DNA of 64,000 bases from Isurus oxyrinchus. Lineage: Eukaryota. Location of the stretch: the NCBI GenBank assembly GCA_026770705.1, contig JANJGN010000152.1, positions 868,001 through 932,000 of the forward strand, written 5' to 3'. The notes beneath the pieces are model-generated. The model did not search any database. It was not told the DNA's origin and saw only the letters and a program-made list of their open reading frames with translations. The stretch's first letter is position 1. Each line of letters starts with the position of its first letter. Made by a program: the position numbers and the translations under genes. This document shows positions 48,586 to 61,989 of the stretch, piece by piece.

Positions 48586-51500
48586 GTAAGAACCACACAT
48601 TTATTTAGTAACTGTTTTATTTGAGTGTTTGTTTTTTTTGTCTATTTTAATAATTCATTCAGCCAACGAAACCTGGGTTTGATGGATTCTGTATGCAGAA
48701 TTTTTACAATGTTTCATGTGATTCTGCTGAAATTGAGTTATGTAATTCCGCTGTGTCTTGATAAAAAATGTTGCTGAGGGATTGAGACCCTGGTTGTTGT
48801 GATTTGGTATTTATCTGCTGAGGATACTGTGTGGCCGGGCTTCTTGAAACATCTAACGTTTGTAAAAACAGTTCGACGTTTCTGCAATGTTTAATCTCGG
48901 TGACATCTAATGGCTGCGGGTTTTACCATCTGTTGCACAAGGGATTAAACAAGTTTGAAATCAAACCCAATGTTAACAAAATATGCTTAAGTTTCAATAT
49001 TAATTTATTGAACATGTTCCGCCTACTCACAATGCTGTTGACATTATTCCATATTTCTGTTTAGTTTAATTATTCATTCATTTGGTGACGAGCGGTTGTC
49101 TGGATTCGATATTGAGATTTTCTTGCAATATTACATTGGATTCTGTTGGAAGTGTTTGTAGAATTGAGCTGCTTCTCCATGAAACGGGTTTCAGCCCCTC
49201 AGTGATGTGATTTGGTGTTTTTCTGCTGAGGAGATTGTGTGTCTGGGTGACTTTGAACAAGTAGAATTTATGAAACGGTTTGGCGGTTCTGCATTGTTTC
49301 TGCTTTGTTTAAACTCGGTGATATTGAGCGGTTACACGTTTTGCGATTGAATCGAAGCAGCCTCCGCGTTCGTATCTGCTTGAAGCGCGATTGTAGGCAG
49401 AAAACAGACAGGTTTCAGAAATGGGAAAAAAGCTCTTAAAGATGTGTTAGAACATGTTGTCTTTATTTTAAGTGATAATTGCAGATTAAACTAAACCATG
49501 GATTATGGCGCTCATTCAGAATATAATTCGTTACTGCAATCAGAAACTATATAATTACCACATTTTCAAGTTGTAGAGTAAAACTAATACAATTCAAACA
49601 ATTATAATGTGGTAATATTTCTCTATATTAACTGAACAGCTTTCATATTAACATAATTGATCATTAATCGGCCTTTCATAATTTTGTTGGGCACTGCGCA
49701 CAATTAACATGCTCGGGAAAGTTTTTAGGCTGGAAACATTTTGTGATTTATTAATGAAACAATTTCAATAAGAATATACTGATTCTACAAATTTGGTCAA
49801 TTTCACATGGGATTTTGAATTATTTGTTATATCGCTGATAACGGTTGCATTGACTTAAAGAGGAGTTTGACATTTCAGTTTGGCAATGTGTCTATCCGGT
49901 TGTTACGTTCTTTCTGTGCAGCTGTAACCATATTATTCCTTCAATGTCATTGGGATTTGGATAGCGAGACAATTGTCACTAATCTAATCTTAAACAGTTT
50001 TCTGGGGTTGGTGGGGGTGAGGGGTGGAATTCGCTGGCAGTAAATGAATTGTTCTTACGTTTTTTTGAACTGTAGGAAGGTGCAGATTGCATATGAATAG
50101 AGATTGACAAGGAAAGGCTTGAAATTAGAACAAATTAATTTAATTGCAAACATTAATGTTAGTTTTGATTTTAATAACAACATCCTGTCTATCAGAGCTG
50201 TACTGTGCACAGGTTAGGATTATAGGAGAAGAACAGATTATATCTGAGATTCATGCTTAATTCTTATTAAATATTAAATTGAAGAACAAAATCTCGATTC
50301 AATTTGCTGATTATATTTCAGTGTCACAGATGATATGAATGAACTGTTCTCATCAAGTTTTATATTGATCAGTTTGGATCTTCTTTCAATGAACAAAAAT
50401 GTAACAATTAAAGAATAGGGATTTTTATCAAGGAAACATTTTATTGATAATAAGTAACTGCCAGGAACATTTTCTTACATATAGTTTGGAGTTAAGAAAA
50501 GTTTCCTTTAGCAAACAGATGATATTACAGCTCATCGACACTTAATGCGATGTGAACCCGGCCAGATTTGAAAGTATTTCCAATATTCCACTGATAAATT
50601 CACCCTGTGAATTACTCGATGAGAATAGATGGAATTTATGATTTCTCAATGCGTTCGGAAACACGCATAGCTTGCAATATTGTTGGTTAAATCAGAGCAG
50701 TAGAAGTAGAAGCAAAATCGTATATCGTGCTTAGATTTAAGTAAAATTGATACACTTGCCTGAATGTTACCATCTAGCAATTTGCAGTTTATTGTTTAAC
50801 ATTGTTTCAGTGTCAGGTTGATTTAAATAAACCCCAATTATTTCACTAAGTACCAGGGAGAAACAAATTTTCAATTTTTGAAAACCATTTTTAATATTAT
50901 AGAGTAGAAATCAGCTGACAAGAAAATGAGTCGGCAATAACAAGATCATTAGCTTACAATATAATATTAGTGATAATTAATTCAACATAAATGTGCTCCA
51001 ACAACTAAATAGTATAATGGTCATTATAATGAATGCAAAATCTCAATGGAGAGAATTTTTAATTGAATCCGAAATTAATTTAGAAAAGAATACTTTTCTT
51101 ACTCAGCTGTGCTCAGATCGGTAAGGAATTCCGCCTTGATGTTTTTATTGGTTCTATTCATACCTAAAATCAAATCAAATCAGCGGGTAATCGGTTTTCA
51201 ATATGAATGTTTCCTGATTTGTTTAATTCTTACCCTGTCATTGAGTCTCTGTTATGGACACCAAATTATCTTGAACCTGTAATTTTTGCTGTGCTCATTT
51301 TCAGGGTAACTTAAATCCTATATTATTTGGAGATTCGAGACAGATCAGAGAGAATTAGATGGACTTAAAAGGGAAGTTTGAAATGAAAATCAGATTAATT
51401 TCAAAGAAGTTATAGAATAATTGTAGTAAATTGACCGTTGATCAATTGGAATCAAACAGCTTGAGTGAAATGGACAGATTGAACAGATCTCTCTGCTGGG

Positions 51501-51929
51501 AACTCGCTTGTTGCACCATTTGTGTCTGTTCTGTTTCAGTGCGTGTGCTCATTGTGCTGGGACCAAGAATCTTCCTGACTGGTTGAAAACCGTCTGGTTC
51601 ACTCTCCTGTATTTCAGGAAGTGTAATTTGATTTATTTCTTCAAAAAACTTGTATCTGTGAGAAATGTGAAAGTTTGACTTTTTGACCAGGCACCTCAGA
51701 AATGAGATGCCGAACCCATTGTGACAGTCAGAAAGGACAATTCAGAAATGACAGACAAACTGTTGAAGGAGATTTGGTTGATTGTAAACCAGTGATATAT
51801 CTGTCTTGGGAGTGTTCGGTTAGGCAATGCAGAGAGAGTTTTATCCTCTTTTAATCCGTGCTGTAGCAGTCCTTGACCTATTTGGTTGGACAATATGGAA
51901 TAAGAAATTAGCCTGTATCTTATTTTTAA

Positions 51930-52525
51930 TCCTGTCATAGGATGTTGGGGTCGCTGGCAAGGCCAGCATTTGTTGTCCATCCCTAATTACCCCTTGAGGA
52001 AGTGTTGAAATGCCGCCTCCTTGAATAGCTGCAGGTTCACTCACAGTGCTGTTAGGAAAGGATTTCCAGGATTTTGACATATTGAGAGTGAAGACACGGT
52101 GATATCATTCCAAGTCAGGATGGTGGGTGCCTTGGAGGGGCGCGTACAGGTGGCAGTGTTCCCAAGCACTTGCTGCCCTTGTCCTTCTAGTTAGGAGAGG
52201 TTGCAGGTTTTGACGGTGCTGCTGAAGGAGCCTTGGCGAGTTGCTGCAGTGCATCCTGTATATGGTACATACTGCTCTCACTGTGCGTCTGTGGGGGAGG
52301 GTGTGAATGTTTAAGTGGATGGGCTACCAATTCTGTGGGCTGCTTTGTCCTGGATAGTTTCGGGTTTCTTGGGGTTTGTTGAAGTTTCACTCATTGAGGC
52401 AAGTGAAAACTATTCAATCCCAGTCCAGACTTGTGACATGTAGATGGTGGGTTGTCTTTGGGTGAATTACTCGCCAGTGAATTCCCAGCCTCTGACCACC
52501 TCTTGCAGCCACAGCATTTATATCG
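51930..52525 (-). mobile_element. L2-like LINE 3' fragment
   Basis: Same family as 39500-39900 and 62690-62885 (tcgctggc..ggccagcattt.ttg.ccatccctaa). Confidence 0.75.
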
Positions 52526-53279
52526 AAACTGGATTGAACCCTCTTCTGGGCATACTTCATAGGACAATGTAGAGGGAGTTTTATTTTATATCAAACCAGT
52601 ACTGTACCTGCCCCGGAGTGTTTGGCAGTTCAGTGGAGAGTTGGCTTTCTGTTGAATCCCACCCTTGCAGCTGATGACAGGAGTGTACCGGAGGAGGAGT
52701 GGGGGATTTAATCCATATCTTAACTTGTCCTGTTACTGACCAGACAGTCTTTTCCCCGCAGATGTCAAACAAACTGAATCAGTAATTGGCTGTGAGTCCT
52801 CTAGCCAGATCTGTGAAAATAAATTGCTCCATTGCTCGCTTGAAATGACACACATTAATTGTTTTTAACCATATTTCTGGAGCGAATATGTATAAATTTT
52901 AATGAATTAATTATGTTTCAGCATTTTGAGTATCAGAAAATCATTGAATGTGAGTGAGCTGAACTTGAGCACAATTTCAGAATCAGGGAGGGACAGTGAG
53001 TTTCCAGAGGGCAGCGCCTGTTCTGATCTGATCAGGGGCTGTGAGTTATTTAAACAATTGAAATGGACAATGACCATCCTCCCGCTCCAAATAGCCAGCC
53101 GTGGGGGATTTGGGGAAAAGGAGCAGCCATCAAAAACTGAGTCATTGGATTGCCGCCTGCAGGGGGAGGAATGAATGACAGAAATAAGGGACCAAGAGGA
53201 CATTCGGCCCTTCGATCCTGTCCTCCATTCAGTAAGATCATGGCTACTCTACCTCGATACACTCAGTGTCTTTACCACA

Positions 53280-54018
53280 GACCCTCAATCGCTCACTCTC
53301 TCTGTCACACCCGCTCTCTTTGTCACACACACACAGTCTCACATTTTCCCGCTCACACACAAATTCTCTTTAACTTGTACACATTCTGTCTCTCACACAT
53401 TGCCTCTCTCTTTCACACACACTCTCACACAGACACTCACATTCTCTCATACACATGCTCTCTCAAATATACACACTCTAACACAGGTGCACACTATCTC
53501 TCTCACACACACATGCAATCTTTCTTTCTCACACATGCACTCTCTCTCACATTCACAAACACATGCACACTCCCTCACTTTTACGCACACCCACTCTCTC
53601 TCTCTCACATACATGCATCGTCTCTCCCACACACATACACACTCTCACACATGTACACACTCTCCATTCTCTCTCTCTCACACACAGAAACACAAACACA
53701 TTCCCTCTCACACACACTTTCTCTCACACCTGCGCTCTCTCTCATTCTTTCTCTCTGATACAAACATTGGCTCTCTCTTTCACACACTCTTTCTCTCCCA
53801 CACACACGTTCACTCTCTCACACACTTTCTCTCACACATTTATACGACCAATCACTCACACCCCTACACACTCTCTTTCTCTCTCTCTTTCTCTCTCTAA
53901 CTCTCACACACACACAGCAGCGCACTCTTATACATACATTTCCCTATCTCAGACACTCTCACACTTATACTCCCTATGACATGCACAGAAAAACACACTT
54001 TCCCCCTCTCACACACAC

Positions 54019-54052
<34 letters not shown>

Positions 54053-54258
54053 GCAGTCTTTCTCTCCCACACACACATTCTCCATTTCACACACTCTCAC
54101 GCATATACTCCCTATCTCACACACACACACACTCTCTCTCACACACACTCCATCTCTCTCTGTCTCTGTCTCTCTCTCTCTCTTAAAAACACACAAACAC
54201 TTGCATGCACTCTCTCTCTCTCTTTATCACACAGACACTCACACATTCTCACACACAG
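53280..54258. repeat. Degenerate (CA)/(CT) microsatellite
   Basis: Low-complexity ctcacacaca tract. Confidence 0.95.
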
Positions 54259-54653
54259 AAGTGGGCTGAAAATGCTAACTGCAGAATGAAAATCCGTTAA
54301 GCTGCATGCGTGTTCATTGTTCCATTTCTGATGCCTTTTTGTGTAAAATGAAATTACACAGGTGAAATCACTATATATGTGGAGAATTGCCAAGTGTTGA
54401 ACCAAACACAAAGAAGCAAGGAAAGGGGAGGGATGTGACGGAGACCACAGCCGGCTGGATCCCCAATACCAGTGCACAGTTGGTGCAAGATGCATGCACG
54501 GTCCATCCTGGTTTTGCTGTAACCTTCCCCTCCAGCCCCCTCAGTCTGCCTATTCGTGTACTGACATGGGTTTCTCAAAGAAAGGCATCGGCATTAAAGC
54601 AGCTGGCCAGCGATCTACACTGCTGCCTAACTTTACACAGCCGGTGTTACTGA

Positions 54654-54839
54654 AAGCTGATCAATCTGGAGAATTGGGACAGGATCGATGGAAATGAAGA
54701 GGAGGAGGTGGAAGTGGTGGAGCTGAATGGAGGAGCCCCCAGCTCGGCTGTGGACAACAGGCAACGGAAAACTGAGCCGGAGCAGAAAATCATCTGGAGA
54801 AACATCACCTTGATGAGCCTACAGCACCTGGGCACCCTC
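54654..54839 (+). pseudogene. Stearoyl-CoA desaturase (SCD/SCD5-like) N-terminal fragment
   Basis: QKIIWRNITLMSLQHLGTL resembles the SCD motif (I/Y)VWRN(I/V)(I/V)LMSLLHLGA; truncated into a repeat. Confidence 0.7.
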
Positions 54840-55845
54840 ACTACCCACAATCACTCACCCTCACTCACCCTCACTCACTCACCCTCACTACCCACAATCA
54901 CTCACCCTCACTCAATCTCACTCACTCACTCACCCTCACTCCCTCACACTCACTCCCTCACCATCATTTCTTCACCCTCACTCACTGGCCCTCACTCACT
55001 GGCCCTCAGCCACCCTCGCTCACCCACCATCACTCACTCAGCCTCACTCCCTCACCCTCACTCCCTCGCCCTTACTCACTTGCACTCTCTTGCTCACCCA
55101 CCCTCACTCACCCACCCTCACTCACCCACCCTCACTCACCCACCCTCACACACCCACCCTCACTCACTCACCCTCACTCACTCACCCTCACTCAGGCACC
55201 CTCAATTATCCACCCTCACCCACCTTCACACACCTTCCTTGACTCACCATCAATTACTCACTCACCTTCACTCACTCACCCCTCACTCACACCCCTCACT
55301 CTCTCACCCATCACTCTCTCATCCATCACTCACGCAGCCTCACCATCCTCACTCACCCTCACTCAACCTCACTCCTCACTACCACTCACTCACTCTTACT
55401 CACCCTCACTCACCCTTACCCACCCAGCCGCATCCACCCTCACTCACCCACCCTCACTCACCCTCACACACTCACCCCCACCACACCCTCATTCACTCAC
55501 CCTCATTCACTCACCATCAATTACTCACCCTCACTCACACACCCTCAGTCACCCTGACCCACCCAGCCTCATTCACACTCATCCACCCACCCTGATATAC
55601 CCAGTCACCATCACTCACATATGCACCCTCACATACCCACCAACCCTCAATCACCCACTCATCTACCCTCATTCAAACACCTGCCCTCACTCACTCATAT
55701 CATTCTCACTCACCCACAATTAGACACCCACCCACTCTCACTCACTACCCACCCTCATTCACTCCTTCAATCACCCACGCACCCTCACGCACTCAGCCAC
55801 CCACCCTCACTCTGTCAATTATGCACACGCTCACTCACTCGATCA
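54835..55845. repeat. C-rich cactcaccct repeat
   Basis: Degenerate ~10-bp units. Confidence 0.9.
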
Positions 55846-56019
55846 CTTTTCCTAAATCAGTGTGTGGGAGGGCGGGAACTGCGGGGAAGAGAGACTTAGA
55901 AGCGAGGCCTGAGGCCTCACAGTGTCAGAAGGTGGAGCATGGCCGAAGGGAGTGATTAGCATCAGTGGAAAGATCAGAGAGCCAGGCGAAAGCGCAGGGA
56001 CCCTTAGAGTAAGTGCAGT

Positions 56020-57950
56020 TGGCTGGGGGAAAGGGCAAAGAGGCGTGGGAGATAGGGCATAGAGGGTGCAGCACGGCAGAGGGGAGGGGGAGGGGGAGGA
56101 CATGGCAGAGAAGCCTGGTAGGAAGGGCAGAGAGCTGGGGAAAGGTCAGTGAGAAGTGGAGTAAGGGGCAGAGAGGCATGTTGGGGAAAGGGCAGAGAGG
56201 GGAGGGGGAAAGGGCAGAGAGGTGGGGGGAGAAAGGGCAGGGAGTTGGGAGGGGGAAAGGCAATGAGGCGGGAAAGGGCAGAGAGTCGATGGGAAGGGCA
56301 GAGAGTCGGGGGAAAGATTGTATAGCCAGTGGAAAAGGTCAGAAAGAGGAGCAAAAGCATAGAGAGCCATGGAGTAAGTGCAGAGAACTGGGGGAGAAAG
56401 GGCAGAGAGGTGGGAGGGGGAAAGGGCAGAGAGGTAGGGGGGGGGAGGGCAGAGAGGCGGGGGATGGGCAGAGGGGGGAGGGCAGAGAGGTGGGGGTAGG
56501 AGGGCAGAGGGGGAAAGGCTAGAGAGGCAGACAGGGAAAGGGCAGAGCGGCGGGAGGAGGAAGGGGCAGGGAGGTGGGAAGGGGAAAGGCAGAGAGGTGA
56601 TGGGAAGGGCAGATAGCTGGGGGAAAGATCATAAAGCCAGTGGGAAAGGTCAGAGAGCAGAGCAAAAGCACAGGGAGCCGTGGAGTATGTGCAGAGAACT
56701 GGGGGAGAAAGGGCAGAGAGGCGGGAGAGGGAAAGGGCAGAGAGGCGGGAGGGGGAAAGGGCAGAGAGACAGGAGGGGGAAAGGGCAGAGAGGCGGGAGG
56801 GGGAAGGGCAGAGAGGCGGGAGGGGGAAAGGGCAGAGAGGCGGGAGGGGGAAGAGCAGAGAGGCGGGAGGGGAAGGGTAGGGAAGCGAGGAGTGAATAGT
56901 GCAGAGAGGCAGAGAGGGAAAGGATAGAGAGTCAGGAGGGGTAAGGGCAGAGAGTCCGAAGGGGAAGGGCAGAGGGGCAGAGGTGGGAAGGGCAGAGATT
57001 TGGGAGGGGGAAAGGGCAGAGAGGTGGGAGGGGGAAAAGGCAGAGAGGCGGGAGGGGGAAAGGGAATGGAGGTAGAGGGGGGAAGGGCAGAGGGACAGAG
57101 AGGGAAAGGGCAGAGAGGCCAGAAGGGGAAAGGGAAGGGAGGTAGAGGGGGGAAGGGCAGAGAGGCAGGAGGGGGGAGGGCAGTGAGGCAGAGGAGGAAA
57201 GGGCAGGAGTGGAAAGGAGAGAGGCGGGTGGAAAGGGCAGAGAGACAGGGGAAGGGCAGAGAGACAGAGGTACGAAGGGCAGAGAGGCAGAGGTGCGAAG
57301 GGCAGAGAGGCAGAGAGGAAAGCGCAGGGAGCTAGAGGGGGAAGGGCAGGGAGGCAGAGGGGGAAAAGACAGGGAGGCGGGAGGGGGAAGGGCAGGGAGG
57401 CGGGAGGGGGAAGGGCAGGGAAACGGGAGGGGGAAGGGCAGGGAGCTGGTGGTGGAAAGGGCAGACAGGAGGGAGGGGGATAGGGCAGAGAGACGGAGGG
57501 GGAAAGGGCAGAGAGGCGGGAGGGCGAAGGGCAGAGAGGCGGGAGGGGGGAAGGCAGAGGGGCAGAAGGGGAAAGGGCAGGGGGAAGGGCAGAGAGGCAG
57601 TGGAGGACAGAGAGGCAGGAGGAGGAAGGACAGGGAGGCGGGGGTGGAAAGGGCAGAGAGGAGGGAGGGGGAAAGAGTAGAGAGGCGGGAGGGCGAAGGG
57701 CAGAGAGGCGGGAGGGGGGAAGGCAGAGGGGCAGAAGGGGAAAGGGCAGGGGGAAGGGCAGAGAGGCAGTGGAGGACAGAGAGGCAGGAGGAGGAAGGAC
57801 AGGGAAGCGGGGGGGTGGAAAGGGCAGAGAGGCAAGGGGGAAAGGGCAAAGTGGCGGGGGGTGGCGGGGTGGGGGGGTGGAAAGGCAGAGAGGCCGGAGG
57901 GGAATGGGCAGAGAGGCCGGAGGGTGGGCGAAGGGCAGCGAGGCGGGCTA
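56020..57950 (+). repeat. G-rich polypurine minisatellite (aagggcagagaggcgggaggggg-type, ~24 bp)
   Basis: Strongly strand-asymmetric tandem units. Confidence 0.95.
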
Positions 57951-58399
57951 TAGCGGGGAGATCAGGGTGTCAGCAGTTGCGAGCCGAGGCCCCAGGCGCC
58001 CTGGGCCCCACTCTCTCTATCTCTCTCTCTCATTGTCTCTCCTCCTCCTGAAATCCTTTCCATTCCCGGGGAAAGGCACTCAGTGCCTGGGATAGAAGGG
58101 AGACAATGTCTCCGTGCGCTTCCCCCCGGCTCCCTGCGCATTTCTCCAGCAGGTGCTTGCTGCCCCTCCAATCACAACCTGTTTGCCTCCCACTTTTACT
58201 GCTGATAGGCCCACCAGTCAGCCTATCAGCAGTTAACGGGTAGAAGACTCGCCTGTGATTGGAGGAGCAGCTCCTTCCAGATATCTTCAACTCCACTTAC
58301 CTGCCTGACCAGCATTTTGAACAACATCTCCGGGGGCCATATGGAGGGGCTTCAGGGGCTCTTATCCAGCCACAGGACACGGATTGGACAAGCCTGTAA

Positions 58400-60000
58400 T
58401 GAAGGAAAATAAGGAAATGGGCGGAGAAGTTGGCCAAATATTTTGGCCTTAACGAGGTGGTTACTAAAATAGCAGAGGCATTGGTTTAATTTTCCAAACT
58501 CCCCTGGATTCTGGAAAAGTCTCATCAGATTGGAAAATAGAGAATGAGGCTTTTATATCAAATAAAAGAGGTAACGGGAAAGCAAGAACCGATAGGCCAG
58601 TTAGCTTAACATCTGTCCGAGCGAAAATGATGGAATCTATTATTAAGGATCCTATCACGGGTCACTAAGGAAATCCAAATGCAATTACGTAGATCCATCA
58701 TGGTTTTGTGACAAGTGGAGTGCCACAGGGATCAATGCTGCGGCCTCAACTATTTACAATTTACATCAATGACTTAAATGAAAGGACTGAATGAATTTGC
58801 TAAGTTTGCTGATGACACACAGATAGATAAGAGAGTAAGTGGTGAAGAGGGGATAAAGGTCAGCAAAGGGACATAGATAGGTTATAGGAGTGGGCAAAAA
58901 AATGACAGAGTATAACGTGGGAAAATATAAACGTGCCCACTTTGGCAGGAAGAATACAAAAGCTGCATATTATTGAAAGGGAGAGAGATTGCTGAACTCT
59001 GAGGTACAGAGGGATGCGGATCCCTTGCTGCATGAATCACAAAAAGTTATAATGCAGGAACAGCAAGTAATGAGGAAGGCAAAGGGAATGTTGTCATTTA
59101 TTACAAGGGGAATTTATACTCTGTCATTTTTTTGCCCACTCCTATAACCTATCTGTATCCCTTTGCTGACCTTTATGCCCTCTTCACCACTTACTCTCCT
59201 ATCTATCTTTGTGTCATCAGCAAATTTAGCAAATTCATTCAGTCCTTTCATTAAAGTCATTGATGTAAATTGTAAATAGTTGAGGCCACAGCATTGATCC
59301 CTGTGGAACTCTGCTTGTCACAAAACCATGATGGATCTACGTAATTGCATTTGGATTTTCTTAATGACCCATGATAGGATCCTTAATAATAGAAAATAAT
59401 ATAAAAGTAAAGATGGTTTGTAACAGTTTAACGAGGCGTCAATGCGGCCTCGTCTGAATTACTGTGTACAGATTTAGTCTCCTTTAAGAAAGGATATAAA
59501 AGCATTAGAAGCTGTTCAGAGAATGTTCATTCAACTGATACTGGGAAGTGTCGTCGGTTATCTTATGAGGAAAGTTTGGATAGGCCTGTATCTATTAGAG
59601 TTTAGAAAAATAAGAACTGATTTTATTGAAACATATAAGATCCTGGAGGAAAATGACAGGGTGGATGCTGAAAGGATGTTTCCGCTTGTGGGAGAGACTA
59701 ACGATAGGCAACAGAGTTTAAAAATAGGTCTCCCATTCTGGCGGAAATGAGGAGATTTTATATTTTTCTCTAAGGGTAGTGAAAGTTTGGAACTGTCTTT
59801 CCCAGAGAGCGATGGAGGAGGAGTCATTAATATTTCAAGGCAGAAGTAGAGAGATTCTTCATTGACAAGTGAGTCAAAGATGAGCGGAGAGTAGGCGGGA
59901 GTTAACGCCACAATCAGATCAGCTATGATCGGAGTGAATGGTGGAGGAGGCTCAAGAGGCCGAATAGCCTACTCCTGCTACTGATCCACATGTTCACATG
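58400..60000 (+). mobile_element. CR1 LINE fragment containing an inverted self-duplication
   Basis: RPVSLTS, SGVPQGSMLRP, AKFADDT; 59115-59393 is the reverse complement of 58636-58914. Confidence 0.85.
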
Positions 60001-60544
60001 TACATACGATTGGAAAACGTCGTACTTACTGTAACTGGTATTCAATTTAGAGCTCTATGGTCACTAGTAAGGTACCATTGCAAAGGTACCTTCGGAGAGT
60101 CGTTGCTATTCTTTGTTTTGGGGGTCATGGAGCGGGGAGTAAATTTGAACATAGCCAGTTTCCAAACTGCAATGATATAAATGACGAGACAATTTCTCTA
60201 TCACCAAGTGCTGTTGATTGAGAAATAAATGGTGCCAAAATAATGGGGAAGATGCTCTGCTCTTCCATTTTAATCCACTGAAAGGTACGTCATTCAGATG
60301 ACATCAAAATGTTCTCTTTTAGCAATGGGATAGAAGCGGAAAAAGAGGTGTGGGTTTCTAAAGAGGGAACCGACAGGCGAGGATCACCAAATGATGGAAA
60401 TAATAAATGATGAAATGTGGATGTGGGTTTTAGTTGGAATATATTTGGATATGTTTATAGTTATAGTTTAATTTCAAGTTGTTTGGTTACTTAATGATCA
60501 CAATTCACAGAGTCTAACTTGTTCAATCGGCCATTCTTTCCCAG

Positions 60545-60844
60545 TGACACCGTCTTCGCCCACTCTCTACAGCCTGGTCTCCTCCTGTCAGCAACAAAAC
60601 ACCGACGGCTCCGTCACCTACGGCTGTTTGGCGATGGACTACTCCCCAGAAATCACAAGCTTGACCTGGAAGAAAGATGGGCAGCAGATTACCACTGGAT
60701 TTAAGACATACCCGTCAGTGAGAAACCAGAAGGGAACCTACACCCTGAGCAGCCAATTAACCATCACCGAGTCAGAGGGAGAATGCAGCAAAATCAAGTG
60801 TGAGGTTCGACACAGCGTCTCAGACAAGAGCGTTGAAATGCAAT
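60545..60844 (+). CDS. IGHM: IgM Cmu1 exon
   Basis: [45 protein letters not shown]; ag/gt boundaries, phase 1. Confidence 0.97.
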
Positions 60845-61058
60845 GTAAGTGTTGGGGAACCTGTGAGAAACAGAAAGGCTGTGATTGACCTGTATAGGGC
60901 CTTGGTTATAACGCATTAATAGTGCTCTGCATAGTTCTGATCCCTGGAAATTCCAGGTTAGTGTCCATTGACTGCAAAGAACCTGTTAAAATATAAGAAC
61001 TCATTGTATCTGTTATCAATTTCTTCTGCAAGAAATGGCTAACCTGTGTTTTTTGAAG

Positions 61059-61373
61059 GTCCTCCTGACATCTTACATCCAACTGTTCTCCTCACCGTGA
61101 GCTCCAAGGAAGAAATCACAACGAACAAATTTGCAACCGCCGTCTGTTCAATCATCGATTTCCGTCCGAAGCCAATCACCGTGAAGTGGCTGAAAAATGG
61201 ACAACCCATGAGTTCAGGAATTATCACCCCTCCCGCCTTTGAAATGAACGGGAACTTCTCGGCGACCAGTCGGCTGAAAGTCTCCGCTGGGGAATGGTTC
61301 AGCGACGCAGTGTATACCTGTCAGGTCACTCACCAAGGGGTCACCCAAAGTCGAAACGCCACCAAGTGTGAGG
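61059..61373 (+). CDS. IGHM: IgM Cmu2 exon
   Basis: [34 protein letters not shown]. Confidence 0.97.
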
Positions 61374-61989
61374 GTAAGAAATACAAACCGTGGAAGCAAT
61401 AGAGCATTCTGCACTCCAATGTTAATCAAATCAGGAATTTATTGGAGTTAGTAGAAAGCACAGAACAACTTCTAATTTACTATCATATAGTTGGTGTTTC
61501 ATTCCAATGTAAGTGCTGCATTCGGATTATTCACCATTCAGGATTTGATCACATCACGTCTCTGCATTGACGTCATAGAGTGAGTGAGGTGGACTTGATA
61601 TCAGCTTTATCTTGAGTCAGCTGATCATATTTGGAGAGGCAGAAGGTGTCTGGAACCCTTCACTGGTAACAGCTTCGAGATAGAGTGTTGGAAAGTGCTA
61701 TTTATAAAACAGCTTTCAGTCCTGCATTCCAGGGCCCATGAATGATACATTTGTATTGGGACTGGGGCAACGCAGATTCATGAGAATGTTACCGGGGCTG
61801 AACGACTTAAATTTTGAGAACAATGTACACAGACCAAGCTGGTTTTCCATTGTGTAAAGAAGATTAAAAACGATAGTTAGAGGTTGATATGTCCAAGGTG
61901 ATTTATTCTCCTTCAGAGAGTGAAAGCTGAATACTGCTGTCCTGCTCCTGAAGGTGAAACTTTGGTTGATTTTCATTTCTGTCTCACAG

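Noticed and set aside
53150-58051. Long His/Thr/Ser- and Gly/Arg/Glu-rich ORFs
   Set aside because: Artefacts of low-complexity repeats; only the SCD-like N-terminal part was retained.
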